Below, in pieces: positions 29,039 through 36,949 of a stretch of DNA of 64,000 bases. The notes below the pieces were generated by a model. It did no database searches, was not told where the DNA came from, and was given only the letters and a program-made list of their open reading frames with translations. The stretch is taken from positions 64,001 through 128,000 of the IMG/VR virus record IMGVR_UViG_3300046787_000130. One strand, 5' to 3'. The stretch's first letter is position 1, and each line of letters opens with the position of its first letter. The translations under genes were made by a program, and so were the position numbers. The stretch comes from a virus.

Positions 29039-30042
29039 AAGAAAATCGACGTGAAGCATTCATCCGTTGGTATGCTTGGGCATTAGAGTACAAAGACTGC
29101 GACCCTGCTGTTTGGCTTACAAACTACCTCAACAAGCGTTATGAACATAATGATGAAGAACGTATTTGGTTATGTTGGTTGTATGGTAATACTTACCAGT
29201 TGCCTACAGCATGGGTACTCAAGAATGAATTTCCAGACTATGAACTTGCTACAGTAGATAGAATCACTGCTTGGAACACTACTAACTATAAGAGACTGCG
29301 ATATCAAACTGACACCAAGTGGAACAAGGGTCATCTGCCTGCGATGTTCGCATCATATCAAGAACTAATCGGCAATCGCAGCCAACGTGAAGTGATGGAG
29401 AGTTATTATGAGGGAACACCTGAAACTAATTTTAATAGCATATGGAATCTATTTCAGAGCAGTCTCCATAAGTTTGGTCGTTATTCTTGCTGGTTCTATC
29501 TACAACATCTTCATCACACTGCTGGTCTTGATGTTGTACCTACTAATCTCATGCTCTCTGATTATAGTGGCTCCCGTTCACATCGTAACGGCTTGCTTTT
29601 CGCCCTTGGACAAGATGACAGTGTCGATGAGCGCCTTTCAAGCGCGAAATATAATAGTCTTGAGTCAGCTGCGGCAGATATTCTCATCGAAATGAAAATT
29701 CGATTCCCTAAGATACGGGATGAGATTAATTTCTTTACGATGGAAACCTGCTTGTGTTCATTCAAGAAACTATTCAGAGAGAAGCATGGACGATATCTTG
29801 GGTATTATCTTGACAGGCAATCTGAAGAGATAGTACAAGCAGAGCAAGATGGTTGGCATGGCATTGATTGGAGTGTACTATGGCAAGCGCGAAATGAGAC
29901 ACTAGACAATCGGTTGGTAGGCAGAAAAGAAATTGAGGATGAAAGGTTTACTTTTTTCCTCCGTTCAGGTAGAATAGACCGATTGGAATGGATGTTTGAT
30001 GATTCCGCTTTGCCTGTAGGCTTGGAGGCATTTTATGATTAG
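29023..30042 (+). CDS. aGPT-Pplase2-type amino acid:DNA transferase (HhH-like)
   Basis: D.DP, WLYGNTY, KFGRYSCW.YL (HhH-like), GS.SHRNGL, ETCLC.FKK, RY.GYY.DRQ. Confidence 0.75.
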   Translation: MDYRLKENRREAFIRWYAWALEYKDCDPAVWLTNYLNKRYEHNDEERIWLCWLYGNTYQLPTAWVLKNEFPDYELATVDRITAWNTTNYKRLRYQTDTKWNKGHLPAMFASYQELIGNRSQREVMESYYEGTPETNFNSIWNLFQSSLHKFGRYSCWFYLQHLHHTAGLDVVPTNLMLSDYSGSRSHRNGLLFALGQDDSVDERLSSAKYNSLESAAADILIEMKIRFPKIRDEINFFTMETCLCSFKKLFREKHGRYLGYYLDRQSEEIVQAEQDGWHGIDWSVLWQARNETLDNRLVGRKEIEDERFTFFLRSGRIDRLEWMFDDSALPVGLEAFYD

Positions 30043-30616
30043 AGTGATTGCTGTCGGGGGTGAACCTGCTACTGGCAAGACAACCCTGATGTTTAAGTTG
30101 ATTGATATGGCTGATGATTGGGTTACTTGTAAGCCTGAAAAACTTCTTGATGCCTTGTATAGCAAGACATTAAACACTTACATTCTTGGTAAGTATGAAA
30201 AGGGAAGTACATTTCAAGGTACTGATAGGTTGAGCATGGCAGTTCAGCCTGATGCCGAAAAGTTTATCAGTAGCCTTAACTATGAAGACTCTGATGTCAA
30301 TGTAATCTTTGAAGGTGATAGGTTATTCAACAGTAAATTTCTTGAGCACTGCTCCAAGAACACTAAGCGGTTTAATATCATACTGTTGCAAGTTGCCGCT
30401 GATATTGTAAAGCAGCGACACATTAACCGCAATGATACGCAAACCGAAAAATTTATAAATGGTCGCAAGACTAAACTAGACAATATCAGTAGTTCCCTAG
30501 TGTTGATGGACTATATAAGTGTAAGGGAAAACAACACTGTTGTTGACCAGCAGAAGATTATTAGTGATATTGTTAATTACTTTAAGTGGAGTGAGAATAA
30601 TGCAACTGGAATTTAA
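30035..30616 (+). CDS. P-loop nucleotide kinase (5-hydroxymethyluracil DNA kinase-like)
   Basis: GGEPATGKT, LGKY...F.GTDRLS, EGDRL; adjacent to aGPT-Pplase2. Confidence 0.75.
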   Translation: MIRVIAVGGEPATGKTTLMFKLIDMADDWVTCKPEKLLDALYSKTLNTYILGKYEKGSTFQGTDRLSMAVQPDAEKFISSLNYEDSDVNVIFEGDRLFNSKFLEHCSKNTKRFNIILLQVAADIVKQRHINRNDTQTEKFINGRKTKLDNISSSLVLMDYISVRENNTVVDQQKIISDIVNYFKWSENNATGI

Positions 30617-31397
30617 GGTTGAAGATTTGAAGAAGAAGAAATTGTTTATTGCTACGCCAATGTATGGCGGGCAGTGCTTTGGTATGTATGCAAAGTCTAC
30701 GCTAGATTTACAGGCACTTTGCATTCAGCATGGAATTGATGTTAGGTTCTCATTTATCTTTAATGAATCCCTAATCACCCGCGCAAGAAACTATCTTGTT
30801 GATGAATTCCTACGTTCAGGGTTCACTCATATGTTGTTCCTTGATGCTGATATCCATTTTGACCCGCGTGACGTTATTGCCATGCTTGGTCTTGACCGTG
30901 ATATCATTGGTGCGCCATATCCTAAGAAGAGCGTTAAGTGGTCTTCTGTAAAGGAAGCAATCAAGCGCAATCCTGATATTACTCATGCTGAACTTGAAAA
31001 GGTTACAGGTGACTTTGTGTTCAATCCAGTTCCTGGTACTGAACGCTTTCAGGTTAATCAGCCTGTTGAGGTACTTGAACTTGGAACTGGCTTCATGATG
31101 ATTAAGCGTGAAGTGTTTGAAAAGTTTGAGAAGCAGTATCCTGAACTTCGCTACAAGCCAGACCACGTTGGTCAGGCTAACTTTGATGGCGCACGTTACA
31201 TTCACGCATACTTTGACACCGTGATTGACCGTGGTAAGTCAGACCGCTATCTCTCTGAAGACTATATGTTCTGTCAGTGGTGGCGTAACATGGGTGGTCA
31301 GATTTGGCTCTGCCCGTGGATGCGTACACATCACATCGGAACCTACGCCTTCACTGGCGACTTGGCTGCTGTAGCAAACTACGTCGGCACTCTATGA
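30600..31397 (+). CDS. GT-A fold glycosyltransferase-like protein
   Basis: IATPMYGG, SLITRARN, THMLFLDADI (DxD), GTGFM.I.R.VF, SEDY.FC. Confidence 0.75.
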   Translation: MQLEFKVEDLKKKKLFIATPMYGGQCFGMYAKSTLDLQALCIQHGIDVRFSFIFNESLITRARNYLVDEFLRSGFTHMLFLDADIHFDPRDVIAMLGLDRDIIGAPYPKKSVKWSSVKEAIKRNPDITHAELEKVTGDFVFNPVPGTERFQVNQPVEVLELGTGFMMIKREVFEKFEKQYPELRYKPDHVGQANFDGARYIHAYFDTVIDRGKSDRYLSEDYMFCQWWRNMGGQIWLCPWMRTHHIGTYAFTGDLAAVANYVGTL

Positions 31398-32044
31398 TTG
31401 TAGGGCTTGTTGGCTTTATTGGGGCTGGTAAAGGTAGTGTGGCGGACATTCTTGTTGAACGCCACGACTACTTTAAAGAAAGTTTTGCCAATAGCGTCAA
31501 GGATGCGGTTTCAGCTGTATTTGGCTGGAACCGCGCTCTTCTTGAAGGTGATACACCCGAGTCACGCGCATGGAGAGAGCAGGATGATGAATTCTGGTCC
31601 AAGAAACTAGGCAAGCCATTCTCCCCAAGACTAGCCTTACAACTTATGGGCACAGAGGCAGGTCGCGATGTATTTCACCCTGACCTCTGGGTTCATACTG
31701 TTCTACGTCGGTGTGAGAATGCACCTTGGAACAACTATGTAATTGCTGATGTTCGTTTCCCTAATGAAGTCAAAGCAATTCATGACGCAGGTGGTATTAT
31801 TGTAAGAGTTAGGCGTGGTCCAGAACCTGAATGGTATAATACTGCGCTTAAAACTAATAAAAAAATTAACTACTATGGTATGGCTGAAAACTATCCTGAT
31901 GTTCACTTTAGCGAATGGGCATGGATTGGTTCTGAAATTGATTTTGAGATTAACAACAACCGTACACTAGATGACCTAATAGAAAGAGTTGACTCTTTGG
32001 TCAAACTAGTATATAATAATGACTTGACAATTGAACGAGGTTAA
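31394..32044 (+). CDS. gp1: Deoxynucleoside monophosphate kinase
   Basis: G.IGAGK, SFA..VKD, PR..LQ..GTE..R, DVRF.NE, H.SE. Confidence 0.92.
   Translation: MIVGLVGFIGAGKGSVADILVERHDYFKESFANSVKDAVSAVFGWNRALLEGDTPESRAWREQDDEFWSKKLGKPFSPRLALQLMGTEAGRDVFHPDLWVHTVLRRCENAPWNNYVIADVRFPNEVKAIHDAGGIIVRVRRGPEPEWYNTALKTNKKINYYGMAENYPDVHFSEWAWIGSEIDFEINNNRTLDDLIERVDSLVKLVYNNDLTIERG
31989..32017 (+). promoter_or_regulatory. Sigma70-type promoter for gp45
   Basis: TTGACT-17 nt-TATAAT. Confidence 0.7.
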
Positions 32045-32046
32045 TT

Positions 32047-32724
32047 ATGAAACTGTCGAATGATACTGTTGAAATTTTGAAGAACTTCTCTGCCATTAAT
32101 CAGAGCATTCAGTTCAAGCAGGGTACGGTCATCAAGACCATTTCCCCGTTGCGTACAATCTATGTTGAAGCAGTTGTTGCTGAGCAGTTCCCGCAGGAAT
32201 TTGCTTTGTATGACTTGAACAAGTTGCTTGCTAAGATGTCTTTGTACAAAGAAGCAGACCTAAGTTTTGCTGCTGACCGAATCAACATTGCCACGGACAA
32301 CCGCAAGAAGAATGACAATATCAAGTATTGCTCCCCTTCTGTTATTGTTGTTCCGCCAGAGAAGCCTATCAACTTTGGTGCTGCTGATTGCGAGTTTACC
32401 CTCAACAAGGAAGACTTGGATTGGATGAAGAAGAGTGCTGGCATCTCTGGTTCACCCAACTTTGTTTTTGAGAGTGATGGTGAGAAGGTCTACTTGATTG
32501 CTACTGACGTCAAGGATGACTCCGCTGACCAGTCTAAGATTGAGATTGGTGATAGCGACGGTGACAAGTATCGCGTAGTCATGAAGGTTGAAAACTTTAA
32601 GTTGGTTGATGGTTCATACAATGTAAAGATTGCCAAGAAGGGTCTTGCGTTGTTCCAGCACACTACTAAGAACATCAAGTACTTCATTGCTATTGAATCG
32701 GCACAGAGCAAGTTTGGGGAGTAA
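32047..32724 (+). CDS. gp45: Sliding clamp
   Basis: MKLS..T..ILKNFS.INQSI, F..YDL..L, ENFKL..G.Y, Y.IA.E. Confidence 0.95.
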   Translation: MKLSNDTVEILKNFSAINQSIQFKQGTVIKTISPLRTIYVEAVVAEQFPQEFALYDLNKLLAKMSLYKEADLSFAADRINIATDNRKKNDNIKYCSPSVIVVPPEKPINFGAADCEFTLNKEDLDWMKKSAGISGSPNFVFESDGEKVYLIATDVKDDSADQSKIEIGDSDGDKYRVVMKVENFKLVDGSYNVKIAKKGLALFQHTTKNIKYFIAIESAQSKFGE

Positions 32725-32727
32725 TAG

Positions 32728-32991
32728 ATGATTATCAATACTCGCACCAAGCAGGACATTCTCAACTGCCTTCAGGAAATGTCCAACTCTATGATTCGAA
32801 TTGAAGCAGAACGTGACCATATGAAGTCCATTCTAGAAAAGATGAAGGATGAATATGAAATTCCTCCCAAGATTGGTCGGCGTCTAGCAAAGACCTTCCA
32901 CAAGCGTTCTTATGAGGAAGAAGTTGCTTCTAATCAAGAGTTTAGTGATGCTTATGGCGCACTCGCAGGAAGTGAAGCCATCTCTGATTGA
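32728..32991 (+). CDS. dsbA: DsbA-like double-stranded DNA-binding protein
   Basis: Aligns by eye with T4 DsbA (E.S.S...I......K.I....K.E......RRLAK.FHK). Confidence 0.6.
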   Translation: MIINTRTKQDILNCLQEMSNSMIRIEAERDHMKSILEKMKDEYEIPPKIGRRLAKTFHKRSYEEEVASNQEFSDAYGALAGSEAISD

Positions 32992-33003
32992 CCTATATAA
33001 TAC

Positions 33004-33075
33004 GGGGCGTGCGTAAGCAACGAAAACTTCCGCCAGACTGCTCTTCGTGGATTCACCCTCCCGCCCCACTTTTTT
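33004..33075 (+). ncRNA. Putative small structured RNA
   Basis: GC-rich intergenic segment closed by GGGGCG/CGCCCC, internal TGC-GTAA-GCA and ACGAA/TTCGT stems, followed by a T-tract; CTATATA late-like promoter immediately upstream. Confidence 0.45.
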
Positions 33076-33090
33076 ATTATGGAGTATATT

Positions 33091-34029
33091 ATGAATGAAG
33101 CCCTTTGGGTTGAAAAGTATCGTCCGCATACTATTGCTGACTGTATCCTGCCGGAATCGTATAAAAATACATTCCAAGAATATGTAAATAAAAAAGATAT
33201 TCCACATCTGCTGCTTTGCGGCAGTGCTGGCGTTGGTAAGACCACCGTTGCTAAGGCTCTCTGTGAAGAGATTGGGTGCGACTATCTTGTCATCAATGGT
33301 TCTGATGAATCAGGCATTGATACCTTCCGTATGAAGATTAAGAATTACGCCAGTGCTATGTCGTTGACTGGTGGTAAGAAAGTCATCATCATTGATGAGG
33401 CTGACTATCTCAATGCTAACTCTACTCAGCCAGCCATGCGTGCTGCTATGGAAGAGTTTGCCCATAATTGTACGTTTATCATGACGTGTAATTATAAGAA
33501 TCGTATCATTGACCCTCTACACTCACGCTGCGCGGTCATTGAGTTTAAACTTAAGAATGTTGACAAGCCTATCATTGCCAAGCAGTTCATGCAGCGTGTT
33601 ATCAACATTCTGACTAATGAGAAGGTTAACTTCGACAAGCAGGTTGTTGTTGAGGTAATTAAGAAATATTTTCCTGACTTTAGGCGCACCCTGAATGAAC
33701 TACAAAGGTATTCGGTATCTGGACATATTGATTCTGGTATTCTATCTTCTGTTGTTGATGTATCTCTTGCCGGTTTGGTAAAGTCTCTCAGAGACCAAAA
33801 CTTTACTGAAATGCGCAAGTGGGTTGCTGAGAATGGCGGTGATGACCCTGTTCGTATGTACCGTCGTATCTATGATTCACTCTATGATGTTATGGACAAA
33901 ACAACTATCCCTAACGCAGTAATCATCCTAGCCCGATATCAGTACCAAGCAGCGTTTGTTGCTGACCAAGAACTGAACCTCACGGCATGCCTTACTGAAA
34001 TGATGGTTGAGTGTAAGTTTAATGGCTGA
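33091..34029 (+). CDS. gp44: Clamp loader large subunit
   Basis: WVEKYRP, GSAGVGKTT, IIDEAD, SRC, PDFRR..NELQ. Confidence 0.97.
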   Translation: MNEALWVEKYRPHTIADCILPESYKNTFQEYVNKKDIPHLLLCGSAGVGKTTVAKALCEEIGCDYLVINGSDESGIDTFRMKIKNYASAMSLTGGKKVIIIDEADYLNANSTQPAMRAAMEEFAHNCTFIMTCNYKNRIIDPLHSRCAVIEFKLKNVDKPIIAKQFMQRVINILTNEKVNFDKQVVVEVIKKYFPDFRRTLNELQRYSVSGHIDSGILSSVVDVSLAGLVKSLRDQNFTEMRKWVAENGGDDPVRMYRRIYDSLYDVMDKTTIPNAVIILARYQYQAAFVADQELNLTACLTEMMVECKFNG

Positions 34030-34402
34030 CCTATTCAAGGAGATTATTCCTAGCATCCTACAAACAAAGGAATATGCCCTGCTGACAGAGCAGGATGAAA
34101 AGGGTTACAGTTCATTTATGGTTAACAAGGCATTGTCATTTCATCGTGACACTGCTTTGATTGCTAATGCCATCAACGTGTATCCAAATCTTGACAATAA
34201 GTTGAAATACGACTTTCTTATAAATATGGTACGTGCTCAAAAACGCCCCTATTCAAAGTGGTTTAAGAGAGCCGAAAGTAGTGATTTGCTTGCTGTCAAA
34301 GAATATTATGGCTACTCGGATGCCAAAGCATATGAAGCCCTTCGGGTGCTTGATGATGAGCAAGTCACCATGATTAAAACAAGAATCAATAAAGGTGACT
34401 GA
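34022..34402 (+). CDS. gp62: Clamp loader small subunit
   Basis: Y..FMVN.ALS, YDFL.N..R..KR..KW, VKEYYGYS..KA. Confidence 0.94.
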   Translation: MADLFKEIIPSILQTKEYALLTEQDEKGYSSFMVNKALSFHRDTALIANAINVYPNLDNKLKYDFLINMVRAQKRPYSKWFKRAESSDLLAVKEYYGYSDAKAYEALRVLDDEQVTMIKTRINKGD

Positions 34403-34403
34403 T

Positions 34404-34817
34404 ATGACTTTGGAAAAATTAGTAGAGGTAACTCTGGCAAAGGAAGATGACTTTCTCAAGGTGCGTGAGACGCTAACTCGGATTGGCGTTGCCGCAAAGA
34501 AAGATAACATCCTGTATCAATCATGCCACATCCTGCACAAGCAGGGTAAGTACTACATCGTACACTTCAAAGAATTGTTTGAACTTGATGGCAAGCCTAG
34601 CAGCATGACAGAGAATGACGTTGCTAGACGCAATACCATTGCAAATCTAATCGCAGAGTGGGGACTTGTAAAGTTACTTGACCCTGCCAAGACTAAAGAC
34701 AATCTAGCCCCAATTAGCCAAATCAAGATTCTTCCGCACAAAGAGAAAGCAGAATGGCAGTTGGTTAGCAAGTACACTATTGGAAAGAAGCGCCGCGATA
34801 TCCCTGAAATGGAGTAA
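34404..34817 (+). CDS. regA: Translational repressor
   Basis: DDFLKVRETLTRIG, LYQSCHILHKQG.YYIVHFKELF.LDG. Confidence 0.97.
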   Translation: MTLEKLVEVTLAKEDDFLKVRETLTRIGVAAKKDNILYQSCHILHKQGKYYIVHFKELFELDGKPSSMTENDVARRNTIANLIAEWGLVKLLDPAKTKDNLAPISQIKILPHKEKAEWQLVSKYTIGKKRRDIPEME

Positions 34818-34820
34818 ATT

Positions 34821-35339
34821 ATGTACATTGAGATTTATAGAATGAACGCAGATGTCAGACTGCCTAAGTGGGGTACTGACTACGCAAACTGTTTTGATAT
34901 TGAGTATTGCCCGGTAAATGATATTGTTCACGGCTACAATGACTCTAATATTACGGTAGAGCGTTGGATTGAAAAGGATACGCATGACGTTGTCATCTAT
35001 CCAGGTGAACGTCTTCTCATTCCCACAGGGTTAATCTTCAAGTTTCCAGACACTGTTGAGCATACTTATTCTTTGCGTCTCCATTCACGGTCTGGTCTTG
35101 CGTTGAAGCGCGGATTGGTTCTTGCTAATGGTACTGGAATTGTAGATGTAGACTACCGTATGCAGGTGTTTGCATTGATTGCTAACGTATCCTCAGTTGC
35201 GCAAACTATTGCCAAGCATGAACGTATCTGTCAGGGTGAGATTGTTCGTAATGAGCAATTCAAATTTGTGGAAACGGCAGATAAGCCTGACTTGTTAGGC
35301 AATCGCGCTGGCGGTTTTGGTTCAACTGGAACAAAGTGA
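34821..35339 (+). CDS. dut: dUTPase
   Basis: RSGLA, GIVDVDYR, RICQ, R.GGFGSTG. Confidence 0.93.
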   Translation: MYIEIYRMNADVRLPKWGTDYANCFDIEYCPVNDIVHGYNDSNITVERWIEKDTHDVVIYPGERLLIPTGLIFKFPDTVEHTYSLRLHSRSGLALKRGLVLANGTGIVDVDYRMQVFALIANVSSVAQTIAKHERICQGEIVRNEQFKFVETADKPDLLGNRAGGFGSTGTK

Positions 35340-35767
35340 TGTTAGATGTGTTTGGTGATGCAGTGGTTGAGAATCCGTTTCTTAACTACCTGACATATGA
35401 AAACCACCTGCGTAACCTAGTGTTGAATAGACACGCTGGAGTTTTTATGCAGTACTGCGTAGGAACAAAACCAGGTGGCACCAAACATATCATTGATGTT
35501 GTTTCAGTTGATTCTAAGATTCTTGTTTCTGCAAAGTTGCAAAATATTGCGGGTACTGCGGAAGAGAAGATTCCATATGAGCAGTTAATGCTTCAGCATG
35601 CTTGTGATACCTACGGGTACAACAAAGCCTACATCGTATGCGCTGGAACTGGTTGGCGTCTGCTCAACTACTTCACCTCAGAAGAATACAAGAATCTCAT
35701 CAAGACTCCAAAAGTTGAACTGCTAAAGTACGAAGATTTTGCTAGAATTATTGATGAAGTTGGCTAA
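35336..35767 (+). CDS. PD-(D/E)XK restriction-like nuclease
   Basis: ID.....ILVSAK.QN..GTAEEK.PYE...IV..G.GW pattern. Confidence 0.6.
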   Translation: MMLDVFGDAVVENPFLNYLTYENHLRNLVLNRHAGVFMQYCVGTKPGGTKHIIDVVSVDSKILVSAKLQNIAGTAEEKIPYEQLMLQHACDTYGYNKAYIVCAGTGWRLLNYFTSEEYKNLIKTPKVELLKYEDFARIIDEVG

Positions 35768-35829
35768 ATAAGAAACTGGATGCCCAATCGGGGTCCAGGT
35801 TTTTAACTTGCTTTTAAAGGAGTACAATC
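35764..35829 (+). promoter_or_regulatory. Late promoter plus ROSE-like RNA thermometer leader of hsp20
   Basis: CTAAATA; hairpin CTGGA..TCCAG; ACTTGCT pairs with the SD AGGAGT with a bulged G. Confidence 0.55.
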
Positions 35830-36255
35830 ATGACCAATAGTCTATTTGACCGTTATCTACCATCTGCTCTTGGATTTGACCGCGTGTTTGATGTTCTTGA
35901 CCACGCCTCTGATGTTGTCAATTCAAGCAATCTAGCCTTTCCTCCAGTAAATATTGTAAAGATTGACGACACTAACTATGCCGTTGAACTTGCTATTGCT
36001 GGTTACACAGAAGAAGAAGTCAACGTAGAAACCGAAAAGAATCTACTGAAGATTTCTGGAAAGAAATTGGAAAAAGATGAACGCAATTATGTCCTTAGAG
36101 GAATTGCAGGACGTTCATTCTATCGCCAGTTTATTCTGACTGATACGATGGTAGTGCGAGATGCGGCTCTCAAGAATGGCGTTCTTACAGTTTCTCTTGA
36201 GAATGTTATTCCAGAAGCCCAGAAGCCAAGAAAGATTGCTGTTCTAGCAACCTAG
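35830..36255 (+). CDS. hsp20: Small heat-shock protein (Hsp20/IbpA family)
   Basis: FPP.NI, ELA.AG, RGIA.R.F.RQF.L, A.L.NGVL.V.L. Confidence 0.95.
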   Translation: MTNSLFDRYLPSALGFDRVFDVLDHASDVVNSSNLAFPPVNIVKIDDTNYAVELAIAGYTEEEVNVETEKNLLKISGKKLEKDERNYVLRGIAGRSFYRQFILTDTMVVRDAALKNGVLTVSLENVIPEAQKPRKIAVLAT

Positions 36256-36281
36256 TAAAACAGACAACTTTTCTTGTAACG

Positions 36282-36308
36282 GTGCGGTGGTGAAAATCAC
36301 CGCACTTT
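36282..36308 (+). terminator. Rho-independent terminator
   Basis: GTGCGGTGGT-GAAA-ATCACCGCAC-TTT. Confidence 0.8.
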
Positions 36309-36317
36309 GCGTTTTTG

Positions 36318-36376
36318 TAAGTGATTGATTTTACAGAAATTTTTCCTATCGACTTTTTTCTGGATTTCAGTACAAT
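36318..36376 (+). promoter_or_regulatory. Early promoter P4 with upstream IHF box
   Basis: TAAGTGATTGATT-18 nt-TCGACT-16 nt-TACAAT. Confidence 0.8.
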
Positions 36377-36403
36377 ATAGGTATAGTGAAAGTTAAGGGA
36401 AAA

Positions 36404-36586
36404 ATGATGAAGACTGAAAAGCAGATTTTGGCTGAAATTGCGCGCCTGCAGGCTCAACTTGATAGCATGAAAAAGCCCAAGATGAGCAAAGTGCGTCCGC
36501 TGTTTTCTGACAAGGACATCTGGATTGAGTCTGACAAAGTTGGCGGTTGCTGCGACCCGTCCACCGAAACTTACTGGTCAATGTAA
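36404..36586 (+). CDS. Hypothetical early protein
   Basis: Downstream of P4, AAGGGA RBS; ends CCDPSTETYWSM. Confidence 0.65.
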   Translation: MMKTEKQILAEIARLQAQLDSMKKPKMSKVRPLFSDKDIWIESDKVGGCCDPSTETYWSM

Positions 36587-36642
36587 GTGATTGATTTTAC
36601 AAAAGAAAATCGCATTGACTTTTTCCTAGAATCCGGTATTAT
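36584..36642 (+). promoter_or_regulatory. Early promoter P5 with upstream IHF box
   Basis: TAAGTGATTGATT-18 nt-TTGACT-16 nt-TATTAT. Confidence 0.8.
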
Positions 36643-36648
36643 ATAAGT

Positions 36649-36948
36649 ATGAAAAGCAAGTTCAAGCCGCTGCCGCGCAGCACCCGCCTCATCGTGGAAT
36701 TCCACGATGGTATCCACAGCACCTACACCACCAAGGGTGACATCCTCAAGCAGAATGTCTTCAACCCGCGTGCCATGAGCCTGTCGCTCATCAACGCGCT
36801 GGCTGACTTGGAGGCAGACCGCAAGGCTGACTTTGACAAGATAGGCACCATTGTGACCACCAACGCGATTGGTTACGTCACTGGTGTTGATGGCAAGCAG
36901 CACACCTACACTCTGGACATTTCCGCATACCGCATTGGGGGCAAGTAA
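36649..36948 (+). CDS. Hypothetical early protein (probably leaderless)
   Basis: ATG 6 nt after the P5 -10 box; no SD. Confidence 0.7.
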   Translation: MKSKFKPLPRSTRLIVEFHDGIHSTYTTKGDILKQNVFNPRAMSLSLINALADLEADRKADFDKIGTIVTTNAIGYVTGVDGKQHTYTLDISAYRIGGK

Positions 36949-36949
36949 G

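Noticed and set aside
33004-33068. tRNA, tmRNA fragment or ZTP riboswitch
   Set aside because: The acceptor-like stem lacks a TTC T-loop and anticodon arm; ZTP-like words on the minus strand are in the wrong order
22832-36642. CRISPR array or FNR boxes from the repeated TTGATT motif
   Set aside because: Copies are dispersed rather than regularly spaced, lack the ATCAA half-site of FNR, and fit IHF plus promoter
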